Shown: positions 1 to 10,233 of the stretch, piece by piece
Position numbering within the stretch: position 1 is the stretch's first letter
How the letters are laid out: each line of letters begins with the position of its first letter
Assembly (NCBI GenBank): GCA_043228905.1
Contig: JBHGNT010000007.1
Span: forward strand, 8,680,001-8,744,000
DNA length: 64,000 nt
Source: Azolla caroliniana
Taxonomy: Eukaryota > Plantae > Polypodiophyta
Reading direction: 5' to 3'
Notes under the pieces: model-generated
Database searches by the model: none
What the model was told of the DNA's origin: nothing
Seen by the model: the letters and a program-made list of their open reading frames with translations, nothing else
Translations under genes and position numbers: made by a program

Positions 1-132
1 CCCCCCCCAGTCAACTCTCCATGTCTTCGACTGTCAACTCTCAGCCAGACCAGTCGACTGCTCCTTGTCTTTGACTGTCGGCACTCGGCCCACCCAGTCG
101 GTTGCTCCCATAGGAGGGACATATTCCTAACC
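1..132. repeat. End of an LTR cut by the window edge; same family as the solo LTR at 42757-55713
   Basis: GTCAAC/GTCGAC-rich tract ending taggagggacatattcctaac, nearly identical to the terminus taggagggacacattcctaaca at about 55692-55713. Confidence 0.6.
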
Positions 133-351
133 CTATCAAGATTATTTTTATTTTAGTTATATATTTATCTTATTGTATACTTTTAAGGTAAAGTTTTCCT
201 ACTTCACGACAACAGTTTTACGTTCTTTTTGTAACTGATCATGCTTCCTATAAAAAGGGGCATGCAACCTTGTAAATAGGTGGGCTTGTATGAGTTAGTC
301 GTGATAACACAAATCTTGAATTGAGTATCTCTATGTCTAGACTTTGTTTAG

Positions 352-769
352 TGTTACCGGCCGGCAAGGAGTCCAAAATACGGAGTGAAGGAATTAATTA
401 AGTATGGTTGTAAATAAGCATAGTGTGGACGGACGGACTGGAAACGGTATGCCGTTCCAGATCCGGACGGATCCCGAATAGGTGCGATAGGCACCGTTTT
501 GTACTACGGGCCGGAAACCTATTTAAAGGCCCGGACCCCATTGTAATCGCAGCGGATAATTAATAGAGCGTATGGTGTTTATACTTCTGTGTTGATTTCC
601 GTTCTGTATTACTGTTATATCTTACGCGTGTAATTAACAAAAGCGCTCTAATCGTGTAACCTACTTAGGTCGGTGTAATCGTTGAGTCATAATCCTATGC
701 CGTAATCATCCTTTGGTGAAGTGTCTCCGTGACACCTTGTGTTAGGCCTTGTCCGGTCAGAGAATAACA
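352..769 (+). repeat. 5' LTR of element A (418 bp)
   Basis: tgttaccggc...gagaataaca; differs from the 3' LTR by about 3 substitutions and one 1-bp indel by eye. Confidence 0.96.
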
Positions 770-775
770 CAGTTT

Positions 776-786
776 TGGCGACCACG
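776..786 (+). promoter_or_regulatory. Primer-binding site, probably tRNA-Arg(UCG)
   Basis: TGGCGACCACG 6 nt after the LTR, complementary to a tRNA 3' end ...GUGGUCGCCA (tRNA identity from memory). Confidence 0.7.
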
Positions 787-822
787 ATTCCTGCTTTCTC
801 GCAGCGAACGACGGCTTAATGG

Positions 823-3800
823 ATGACGAGACCAACGCAAGACCTGGTTACAGACCGAGCTCGACGGCTCGCCGAACGACAAAGACGGCGTGAGACTTTC
901 CAGCAAGCAGCGCACGAAATTCGCTCGGATCGTTCGTTCTCCAACGAGATCCGGAGAGTCGCGGAGGAATCTCTTCGGTTACAGCAAACTCGCGACCAGG
1001 ACGACGGAAGCAGTCTAAGTAGTCTCCGGGAAACCGAACGCCTCCTCGAGGCGCTGGCAAGCGGAGAAAACGAGGCAGAAGCCTTTTCAACCTACGAATC
1101 GGATTCCGAAGGGGGATACAGCGTGCACACGAATTACCGGAGCAGCAACGATACCCCCGGCGGCCCGGAGGACGACGGGTCGGATACCGTGCCGACTCCA
1201 GAACCGGAACCGTTCGACCAGGGCTATCCGGAACCGCAAACGGAAGCCGTCAACCCACCAACACCGGAAGTGGAAGAAGCAAAGCCACCGACACCAACGA
1301 AAGAGCCGGCGAAGGTACCGGAAGAAGAGCCGGTGAAGGAACCGGAAAAAGAACCGGAAGAGGAACCGGAAAAAGCACCGGCAAAAGAACCGGAAGTGGA
1401 ACCGGAGAGAAAACCGGAAAGATATCAACAAACGCCACTAAACCGCGGCCTAATACTGGACGACGACATGCCGTTCCAATACTCAAAGTATCGCGATGAT
1501 CCGGACGCGGAAGCGCATGTTCATGCCTTCGAGCAGACATGGGAAGCAAATCACGCGTCCCAGCGAATGACACCGGAGGAAGAAGAACGCTCGAAGATAG
1601 CGGAATTCGGGGTCACGTTGGAAGGACCAGCGGCACGATGGCGGCGGACGCAGGACCCGGCGACCATCACAACCTTTGCAGAATTAAAAGCAAAATTCTT
1701 GCATTTTTTCCACAAGGAGGTCGACCAGACGACAATGGTGGGCCTGTTTTATACGATCCGACAGGAGGCAGGGGAAAGCATTCCCCAATTCGTCATCCGT
1801 TTCCAACAAATGCATAGCCAGCTTGCCCGTGCACCCCCGGAGGAGGAATTACGGACGATATTTTTAAACGCACTCCGGGAACCGTTACGCACGGTGTGTA
1901 CGGTAATCGACTTTCGAGGAAGCACCATTGACCAGGTCATTGACCGGGTCAGAGAAATGGAAAAGTCAAGCTCATGGCTTACACTGGGAACACTGCAACG
2001 GGCGTTACCCACCGATGAAGATCTCCGGTTCCGGCAGGCAATTCAATGCACAATCTGCTTGAATGCCGGACACTCGACAGTGGAGTGCACCATGCGAACC
2101 CAGTGTGTGATTTGTCAATCCAAGAGTCATACAACGGACCGGTGCGAGTATAACCTGTTAAACCGACAAGCACCACCCGTCCGACGGATCGAGCCAAGAA
2201 GCAGCCGAGACGAAGATGACGATCGTTGGCAAAGAATGAACCGGTACCGACCGGCACAGGATGTCCGGTACGGAGACAGACAAGAGAATGATGGCCGGTA
2301 CGGGGATCGGCATGATAACTACGACCGGTATGAGCGATCGGACCGTTATCGGGAGTCCAACAGACGACACGAGCAATACGACAGAGACCATTCCCCTGGT
2401 TACCGAAGGCACCAGGAGGACTACGACCGATGTTACAATCCACCACGACAGGACTACAGAAATAAAAATAAGAATAATAAGAAACGTAATTTCAAGAAAG
2501 GTAGTCACCCTAGGGACCCGGAACATGGAACCCCAAGGAGCCAACCGGCACAGAACGCACCACTCACTACGGGACCGACTCCGGCTACCAGCAATGCCGA
2601 ATCCAACAATACCCGTAAAGAGTACTGCTATTACTGTAGGCAGGAAGGCCACTACAGTAACCAGTGCCCGGCAAAGAGCTACGATAAACGACCTGCAGTT
2701 AATATGGTGGTTCCGGAAGTGGCGGATGTACAGCAAGTAACCACACGATCGAAAGGCATGGCCAAAGAGTGGGAAACACAAGAGGCCATACAAAAACAGG
2801 CGACGGAATGGGTGAAGGAAGCCAATGAAAGGAACGTCGCGGACGCGGAACGGCAAAAGGCGAATACCATAGGAAGTGCCGGCGGTAGCCACGCGGAAAA
2901 CGAGACATGGCAAGCACTGCAAGAATGTCAGATCACGTTGCCATTAGGAAGACTCTTGCAGCTCGTGCCGCGATTTACGGAAGGACTAAAAACGGTCATG
3001 ACAGACGGTATAGCCCCACCGGCACCAGTCCTCTTCTCGAATCCGGAGGAGGGACCGACGGTGGTGGACACTAGTAGTCTGGTGATTACAGCTATTGTCA
3101 AAGGGCACGAACTTCCCGGCACAGTAATCGATGGAGGTTCCGGGGTGAACGTAATAAGCCTCCGCACGTGTGATGCCTTGGGTATACATGAATGGGAGCC
3201 ATGTCCGTTCTGGCTACGGATGGCGGATACGAGCTCTGTACGGCCGACGGGCTTAATACGGAAATTGGAAGTCACCATAGGAGGTCACACATTTCACATC
3301 TCGGTTGTAGTGCTGCAGCTACAGGCGCAAGGCGCGTACCCTCTATTGCTGGGCAGACCATGGTTGAAAACAACACACATCAAGCAAAATTGGCGGAAAA
3401 ATATGATTACCTTCCGGCGCGGAAAAGCCAAGGTCCGGGTACCGACACAACCACGGACGAGCAACGGTAAGGAATGCACACCGCTGTATGCGGAATGCGT
3501 TAACATGCTTGAAGGGTTGGCAGACGACGAAGAAGCCCAGTACTTGGAGGAACACCCGAAGATCGTACCACTCTTCGAGATTGATGTAGCTGAAGCCGTA
3601 GCGCCATACTTGCCGCAGCAGGACGAAACCGAAGCCGAACCAGACAAAGATTCGATTCGGGAATTACGGCAAGCACAGGAAGCGTTGGAACGGGAAATGG
3701 CCGTTTCCCAACGGGTAAAAACATCCCAGCTCGACGAAGTGAACCTAGGAAGCAAGGACGAATCAAAGCCGGTACACATCGCCAAAGAAATGAAGCTGGA

Positions 3801-6693
3801 AGATAAAGCGGCGATGATCAAACTTCTCACGGAGTTTCGCGACATATTCGCCTGGTCATACGAAGACATGCGAGGGCTGGAACCTCAATTATATCAGCAT
3901 CAGATCCACTTAGGCAAGGACGCGAAACCAGTGGCGCAAAGACGTTACCGAATGAACCCCAACTACGCCGCCAAAGTGAAGGAGGAAATCGACAAACTCC
4001 TAAGAGTGGGCTTCATCCGGCCGGTAAAGAAAGCGACGTGGCTGAGCCCCATCGTCGTCGTCCCAAAGAAGAACGGTAAAATCCGCGTGTGTGTAGATTA
4101 CAGGAAACTAAATGCAGCCACAATTACGGATGCATTCCCTCTTCCGTTCACGGATGGAGTACTGGATGCCGTCGCCGGCCATGAAGTTTATAGCTTTTTA
4201 GACGGGTTCAGCGGATACAATCAAATCCGGATGCACCCTGACGACCAGGAGAAGACAGCGTTCGTCACCGAATGGGGGGTGTTTGTGGCCGTAGTAATGA
4301 TGTTCGGACTAAAAACGGCACCAGCAACTTTCCAGCGAATCATCATGGAGATCTTCGGCGAATACATTCCAGCCTTCATGCAGGTTTTCCTGGATGACTT
4401 TGCAGTCTATAGCCGGGAAAAAGACCATTTGCAGCACCTACGGTTATGCCTTGAAAAGTGTAGGTTATACCGGCTAAGCTTAAACCCAGCAAAATGCATC
4501 TTTGGGGTTTCAAGTGGAATATTACTGGGACACATTGTAAGTAAGGAGGGCATTGCGGTCGACCCGGACAAAGTAAACGCGATACTAGGGGCACCGGCGC
4601 CGAAAACGGCCAAAGCACTAAGCCGATTCTTAGGACAGATCCGGTGGCACAGCCGGATGCTCCGTCACTTGGCTGACTTGGCTACACCATTACACACCGC
4701 GGTACATCGGACACCGTTCCAATGGACGGATACGGAGGATAAGGCATACAATGCCCTGAAGGTACTTTTGTCGCAAGCACCCGTCGTGCAGCCTCCGGAT
4801 TGGAGCAAGGAATTTCATGTGTTCGTTGACGCTTCCGACATCGCTATCGGCAGCGCCTTAATGCAACTTACGGAGCCTAAATGGTACCGGCCGGTATATT
4901 ACGCTAGCCGGAAGCTGTCCCAAGCAGAGAAGAACTATTCGACGACGGAACGGGAGGCCCTGGGCATGATCTACAGTGTCACAAAGTTTCGTCATTACCT
5001 ATTGGGAAGGAAGTTCTCCTTTCATGTGGATCACTCGGCGCTCCTGTACTTAGTGTCCAAGGCGTCCCTGACCGGTAAGTTGGCCTGTTGGACCTTGCTG
5101 TTGCAGGAGTTCGAATTCGAGATCTTCCACCGGCCCGGTATCCAGCATGCCGTAGCAGACTACTTGAGCCGGTTAGAGTCCGGAGAATCAGGCGATGAAG
5201 TATCGGATGAATTCCCGGACGCAGAGTTATTCCGTATCACCCCGGAAACGGCAGCGGACGACACGGTGGCATCAGAAGATAGGTGGCTGACAAACATGCA
5301 CCAATTCCTAAGCACAGGCCTGCCACCGGAGGAAATGAACCGGGACGAGAGGAAACGACTGGCGGTGCAGGGCCGCAATTTCTGTCTGTTACGGGACACT
5401 CTCTACCACAAGGGAGCAGATGGAATATGGAGACGGGCAGTCCGTAGTGACGAGAAACAAGTAATCTTACGGGAAGCACACTGTGGGGTTGCCGGAGGAC
5501 ACTATGCTGGGGAAGCGACGGCAAGGAAAGTATGGCAGAGCGGCTTATGGTGGCCCACGACGTTAAAAGACGCCGTCAAGTACGCTAAGGAATGTGACCT
5601 ATGCCAACGAATGGGCCAACCTACGGAGCAAGCACGGATGCCACACCAACCGGTACTTCCACTAGAGCCATTCCAAAAGTGGGGGTTGGATTTTGTCGGA
5701 CCGTTCAAGCCACCGGCAATGAGAACGGGTAATTGTTATGTCATCGTGGCAACAGATTATTGCACTAAATGGGTGGAGGCTAAGGCCTTGAGAGACAACA
5801 CCGCGTCATCCACAGCAAAATTCCTGTACGAGAACATTTGGTGCCGATATGGATGTCTGATTGAATTAATCAACGACCAAGGAGGGCACTTCCTCGGCCA
5901 GGTAGTTGAAAGCTTAACAACGTTCTATGCCGTGGTCCATAAACGGAGCACACCGTACTACCCACAAGCGAACGGGTTAGCAGAGTCAACCAACAAAACG
6001 CACCAGAACATTCTCCGCAAAATCGTCAATGAAAACCGAACGGACTGGGATACAAAGCTCCATAGCGCGCTATGGGCGTACCGAACGGCATACAAAACAA
6101 GTATCCAGACAACGCCGTTCCGGTTAGCGTTCGGCTTAGAGGCGGTCATGCCGGTGGAATTTCAGGTACCAAGCTTACGGATCCAACTACGGGAACGGCT
6201 GAATGAAAAGGAGTCGGAGGAAATGCGGGTAGCAGCACTATGCGAACTGGAGGAGCAACGGTTGGCCAGCATCCTACACATGGAACTGGAGCAACGACGA
6301 CAGAAAGCGTTCGTTGACCGTCACCGGAAAGGTAATGAAAAGATGTTCGAAATTGGAAAGCCGGTGCTAGTATTCCAAACGAGGATGGGCAAGATGCCGG
6401 GTAAACTCCGGTTTAGATGGACAGGCCCGTATTGGCTGACACGGGAATACAACGGGTCCTATCAGTTAGGGACACTTGCCGGTGAAGTGCTAGGCAAGTG
6501 GGTCAACGGATTTAGACTAAAGCCCTATAAAGGACCGATGCCAAATAACCCGTTTATGCAGCCCACCGGCACTATACCGGGAACGGTACGGATGGAAGAA
6601 AAAGACGACGGGGAACCCGTAGCAGAGGCGAAGGAAGACACGGCAACCCGTAAGGAAAACGGTAAGGGTCCGAAGGGACCTACGGATGTGTAA
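823..6693 (+). CDS. Gag-Pol polyprotein (gag, 3 CCHC knuckles, aspartic protease, RT, RNase H, integrase)
   Basis: 1956-aa ORF: CTICLNAGHSTVEC, CVICQSKSHTTDRC, CYYCRQEGHYSNQC; protease IDGGSG; RT LDGFSGYNQI, MMFGLK, FLDD; RNase H FVDASD; integrase H-H-CDLC, WGLDF, QANGLAE; WTGPY. Confidence 0.97.
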   Translation: MTRPTQDLVTDRARRLAERQRRRETFQQAAHEIRSDRSFSNEIRRVAEESLRLQQTRDQDDGSSLSSLRETERLLEALASGENEAEAFSTYESDSEGGYSVHTNYRSSNDTPGGPEDDGSDTVPTPEPEPFDQGYPEPQTEAVNPPTPEVEEAKPPTPTKEPAKVPEEEPVKEPEKEPEEEPEKAPAKEPEVEPERKPERYQQTPLNRGLILDDDMPFQYSKYRDDPDAEAHVHAFEQTWEANHASQRMTPEEEERSKIAEFGVTLEGPAARWRRTQDPATITTFAELKAKFLHFFHKEVDQTTMVGLFYTIRQEAGESIPQFVIRFQQMHSQLARAPPEEELRTIFLNALREPLRTVCTVIDFRGSTIDQVIDRVREMEKSSSWLTLGTLQRALPTDEDLRFRQAIQCTICLNAGHSTVECTMRTQCVICQSKSHTTDRCEYNLLNRQAPPVRRIEPRSSRDEDDDRWQRMNRYRPAQDVRYGDRQENDGRYGDRHDNYDRYERSDRYRESNRRHEQYDRDHSPGYRRHQEDYDRCYNPPRQDYRNKNKNNKKRNFKKGSHPRDPEHGTPRSQPAQNAPLTTGPTPATSNAESNNTRKEYCYYCRQEGHYSNQCPAKSYDKRPAVNMVVPEVADVQQVTTRSKGMAKEWETQEAIQKQATEWVKEANERNVADAERQKANTIGSAGGSHAENETWQALQECQITLPLGRLLQLVPRFTEGLKTVMTDGIAPPAPVLFSNPEEGPTVVDTSSLVITAIVKGHELPGTVIDGGSGVNVISLRTCDALGIHEWEPCPFWLRMADTSSVRPTGLIRKLEVTIGGHTFHISVVVLQLQAQGAYPLLLGRPWLKTTHIKQNWRKNMITFRRGKAKVRVPTQPRTSNGKECTPLYAECVNMLEGLADDEEAQYLEEHPKIVPLFEIDVAEAVAPYLPQQDETEAEPDKDSIRELRQAQEALEREMAVSQRVKTSQLDEVNLGSKDESKPVHIAKEMKLEDKAAMIKLLTEFRDIFAWSYEDMRGLEPQLYQHQIHLGKDAKPVAQRRYRMNPNYAAKVKEEIDKLLRVGFIRPVKKATWLSPIVVVPKKNGKIRVCVDYRKLNAATITDAFPLPFTDGVLDAVAGHEVYSFLDGFSGYNQIRMHPDDQEKTAFVTEWGVFVAVVMMFGLKTAPATFQRIIMEIFGEYIPAFMQVFLDDFAVYSREKDHLQHLRLCLEKCRLYRLSLNPAKCIFGVSSGILLGHIVSKEGIAVDPDKVNAILGAPAPKTAKALSRFLGQIRWHSRMLRHLADLATPLHTAVHRTPFQWTDTEDKAYNALKVLLSQAPVVQPPDWSKEFHVFVDASDIAIGSALMQLTEPKWYRPVYYASRKLSQAEKNYSTTEREALGMIYSVTKFRHYLLGRKFSFHVDHSALLYLVSKASLTGKLACWTLLLQEFEFEIFHRPGIQHAVADYLSRLESGESGDEVSDEFPDAELFRITPETAADDTVASEDRWLTNMHQFLSTGLPPEEMNRDERKRLAVQGRNFCLLRDTLYHKGADGIWRRAVRSDEKQVILREAHCGVAGGHYAGEATARKVWQSGLWWPTTLKDAVKYAKECDLCQRMGQPTEQARMPHQPVLPLEPFQKWGLDFVGPFKPPAMRTGNCYVIVATDYCTKWVEAKALRDNTASSTAKFLYENIWCRYGCLIELINDQGGHFLGQVVESLTTFYAVVHKRSTPYYPQANGLAESTNKTHQNILRKIVNENRTDWDTKLHSALWAYRTAYKTSIQTTPFRLAFGLEAVMPVEFQVPSLRIQLRERLNEKESEEMRVAALCELEEQRLASILHMELEQRRQKAFVDRHRKGNEKMFEIGKPVLVFQTRMGKMPGKLRFRWTGPYWLTREYNGSYQLGTLAGEVLGKWVNGFRLKPYKGPMPNNPFMQPTGTIPGTVRMEEKDDGEPVAEAKEDTATRKENGKGPKGPTDV

Positions 6694-7092
6694 GATCACA
6701 TACCGTCATTAAAAAAATATAAAAATAATAAATAAAATAAATAAAAATAAATAAAAATAAAAATCATTAAAAATCGAGGTATGAACGGACGTGAAAGCAA
6801 GGAGCGAAAAGGTACGTAGTGGGCATTTAAGAGCCGCCACATTACTTAATACTAAATTGGTACACGACGTGCGCATGCTCGGAAAAGGCGCCAAGACGCA
6901 CAGAGAAAAAGCAGAACGCATGGAGACCTTTTCATTTCGCGAGCCAAGAAGCACAGAAGCACCAAGGCAGTGGAAGCTTAGCAAACGCGAACCTGCACTC
7001 AGAGAACCCCCACGTTCGGAACTCTCTCTCTCTCTCGCTCTCACTCTCATCACCACTCTACCTCGCCATCTTTCCTCGACCTCGAAGCAGAC

Positions 7093-9762
7093 ATGGACCC
7101 ACAAACGCTGTCGGAAGCGGCCAGGAAATGGCTCAGGCAACACGGACTGGAGGGGTTCTTGACCATCATGGAGGCACCACCGCACAAAGAAGCCGACCGG
7201 GTCATCAAGGAGCTCGACACAGAAGTCATCACCGAGGAAGCGATCCGTGCGCTAACAGGCCTTCCGGAGGGAGGTATTTTTCAGATCGATAACCCAACCT
7301 CGGAGCAACTCATCCGATATTTCGGTGAGTACTCTCTAGCCGGCAAAGGCTATCGAACGCAGGGCGGCGAAGATCCGCTATTCAGGGAGATAGCTCGAGT
7401 GCTCCATGAGTACGGCCACATGTACCCCCGACCCCCTGTCATGCCAAAAAATCGGGCAGGGATGATCATAGCCACCTATGAAGGGATCAAGGTGGACTGG
7501 CCGGTGTTGATTGCAGACGGTTTGTGCGCGGCAATCGACATGGTACGAGGAAAGGATGGCAAGGAGGGCCGGAAGCTGTGGCATGCCGTAGCTTAGTGGA
7601 TAACATTGCTCGTGCCGCCGGTCGAGACCGTTCAGCCAAAGAAGCGGCCAAGATTATCGGAAGGAAGCACCTCGAAGCCGGCGTCCAAACGACAGCAGCT
7701 GCTGGCGTCGAAGGCGACGAAAGGGAAGAAACGGCTCCCAGAACCGGAGGAGGTGTCACCGGTCCCACCCGTTAAGATAACCATACGGCGACCGGGACAG
7801 AAGGAACCGGAACCCTTGACGGCACAGATACATGCCGTTACCCAGGAAGAGGAAACGGAGGAGCCAATAGAGCACCTCCAACGACGGTCAAGAAGTAGGA
7901 CCGCCGGGACAGCGGGGGAGCGTTCGGACCCGCAAAAGGAAGAAACGCCCCCAACTCAACCTGAGCAAACCACAAGGGAGGAACCGGAACCGGTGCGTAT
8001 AGAACCGGCCTTGTCGACTTCTATACAAGAAGTCATTCCAACGGCTCCGGAGACGGCGAGAACCGGAACTCAATAGCCGGCGAGCCCAGCCAGCACACAC
8101 GGCGGCCAAGGAGTAGGACCAGAACGGCAGATACAGGCACTCAGGCCAGACAATTCCACAGTGAACGAGCCGACTCGACCAGTACAGCAGCAAGGCACCA
8201 GTAGCATGTGGCTACGGTGGGTAGGCGAGCAAATCGCCGGAGCGGTCGAGTACATAGAGGCGGAGGAGAGAGCGCACCACGAACGGTTGCTCGTCACAAC
8301 CGTAGATCTAGAGACGGCCCGGTCCAGAATCCGGAGCCTTGAACAAGACTTGGACAGGGTCACAAGGGAAATGGCTCAATTGGCTTTGACACCACAAGTC
8401 CAAGCACTGGTGACTCCGGGCAATGTACAGAATAAAGCGTCAGATCAACCTGTACATAGCAATCAGACCCCGGCAACGGAAACCGTTCCGGAGAGAAATG
8501 CGGCACAAGCCCAAGAGCTTGCGAACTTAAAGGATGAGCTAGCTGCCCAAGAAGCGTTGAGGAGCCGCGAAAGAGAGTTGAAGACGGCAGCGGAGGCAGA
8601 ACTCAAAAAGACTGCTGAAAATCTACGCCGGGCCGAGGAGAGCTTACGAAAAGGCCACCAAGCGTACGACCGGCTCAAGGAGGAGAAGGAGAAAATGCTG
8701 CAAGAGAAGGACAGGCTCCGGAGAAACGCCGAAACAGAAGTAGAACGCCTGAAAGAGGAACTCCGGCAGCTAAAGGACCGGGAGGACCGGAACCATCGCC
8801 AGATCAACGGCAAGCTCAAACAAAAAACGGAGGAATTTGAGCACTTGCACCGAGAGTATAAACGGTTGCAAATGGAGCACAAGGAACGGACGGATGAGCT
8901 CCGGCAAGCAGTTGATCGGACCGCAACAGCATACGCTAATGAACAAGCGGAAACCAGAAGACGGTTGGAAGAGGCGGAGAAGGTTCGGACAGAGCTCCTC
9001 AGGCAACAGCAGGCGGAAAAAGAAAGAGCGGCGGAGGTACTGCAGAGGTTGCAAACAACATATCAAGGGCAGCTGACGCGCTACAGAGAGCAGGCGGAGG
9101 ATACGGCTAATCTCATCAAGCAGTTGAAGGAGGAACGACAAGTTGTGGAAAGTAGAGCGCAAATGGGAGCAAGTCGCATCCAGGATATCATGCGGGCCTG
9201 GTTGAACCAAACCAAGAGCTTGATTGACAACGGTTCCGTCAAATGGTGGACCAAGTGGGCCCCGAACGCGGTGGAACTCCAATTGCTCCGGGCCGACGTA
9301 GAGAACCGGCGGAAGGAGGGAGATGATTGCTATATGCTGACTTCCGAAGACTTCACCGGCATAAGAGATGAGCTGGCCGAAGACTTTCAAGCCTTGGCAG
9401 AGGACCAACTAGGGCAAGTCCGGCAACTTGTAGCTCAGCTGGACGACGACAGGCTAGAGGCGTAGATCCAGTTTGAAAGCTACGAGAGGTCCCGGATCCG
9501 GGAAGAGAAAGCACGAGAACCAGTAACGGTCAACCTCAGTGATGAGGAACCGTTACTGGAAGGAGACCGGACCGGAAGCAGTCAAACGGGGATGCCGGAG
9601 TCAGAGAAACAAACGGAGCAGCCGCCTATAGAGCAGCCGGAGCAGTCTCAGTCCCAACCGCAACCACAGCAGCAGCAGCAAGCACAGCCGCAACAACCAC
9701 AACCGGAAGAACAATTGGGAACTCTGGAACAAAGTATTTTGGACAATTTGGGTGAACAATGA
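7093..9762 (+). pseudogene. Accessory ORF2 of element A: 889 codons, N-terminal globular domain, acidic/Pro linker, long coiled coil, Gln-rich tail; three in-frame TAG
   Basis: ORFs 7093-7596, 7606-8076, 8161-9465 and the open stretch 9466-9762 share one frame, separated only by TAG at 7594, 8074 and 9463; the homolog near 61800 has Gln at the first TAG (VAQWLTLLVPPVE). Confidence 0.85.
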
Positions 9763-9814
9763 AGGGGCCGAGAAGGGTTCGACGTACAAGGTACTGTCCC
9801 ACGGGCGTGCCATG

Positions 9815-10233
9815 TGTTACCGGCCGGCAAGGAGTCCAAAATACGGAGTGAAGGAATTAATTAAGTATGGTTGTAAATAAGCATAGTGTGGACGGACGGA
9901 CTGGAAACGGTATGCCGTTCCAGATCCGGACGGATCCCGAATAGGTGCGATAGGCACCGTTTTGTACTACGGGCCGGAAACCTATTTAAAGGCCCGGACC
10001 CCATTGTAATCGCAGCGGATAATTAATAGAGCGTATGGTGTTTATACTTCTGTGTTGATTTCCGTTCTGTACTTACTGTTATATCTTACGCGTGTAATTA
10101 ACAAAAGCGCTCTAATCGTGTAACCTACTTAGGTCGGTGTAATCATTGAGTCATAATCCTATGCTGTAATCACCCTTTGGTGAAGTGTCTCCGTGACACC
10201 TTGTGTTAGGCCTTGTCCGGTCAGAGAATAACA
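9815..10233 (+). repeat. 3' LTR of element A (419 bp)
   Basis: Near-identical to 352-769 and followed by TSD TTTAG. Confidence 0.96.

Larger units (their letters stand above)
352..10233 (+). mobile_element. Full-length young Ty3/Gypsy LTR retrotransposon, non-chromovirus (Athila/Tat-like), with extra 3' ORF (element A)
   Basis: TG...CA LTRs at 352-769 and 9815-10233; 5-bp TSD TTTAG (347-351, 10234-10238); PBS at 776; intact gag-pol in PR-RT-RH-IN order; no chromodomain seen. Confidence 0.96.

Noticed and set aside
848-9408. Many antisense and alternate-frame ORFs over element A
   Set aside because: Shadows of GC-rich coding sequence with no recognisable motifs.
7594-9465. U-to-C RNA editing rescuing the TAG stops
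   Set aside because: Reverse editing is established for fern and hornwort organelles, not nuclear retroelements; C>T deamination explains the stops more simply.
8161-9465. Retroviral env or a captured host SMC/myosin gene
   Set aside because: No signal peptide, transmembrane segment or ATPase motif is visible; the homolog also lies in a transposon context.
823-9762. Bacterial contamination or HGT island suggested by high GC
   Set aside because: Bounded by LTRs and a TSD within plant DNA, and encodes a standard gag-pol.
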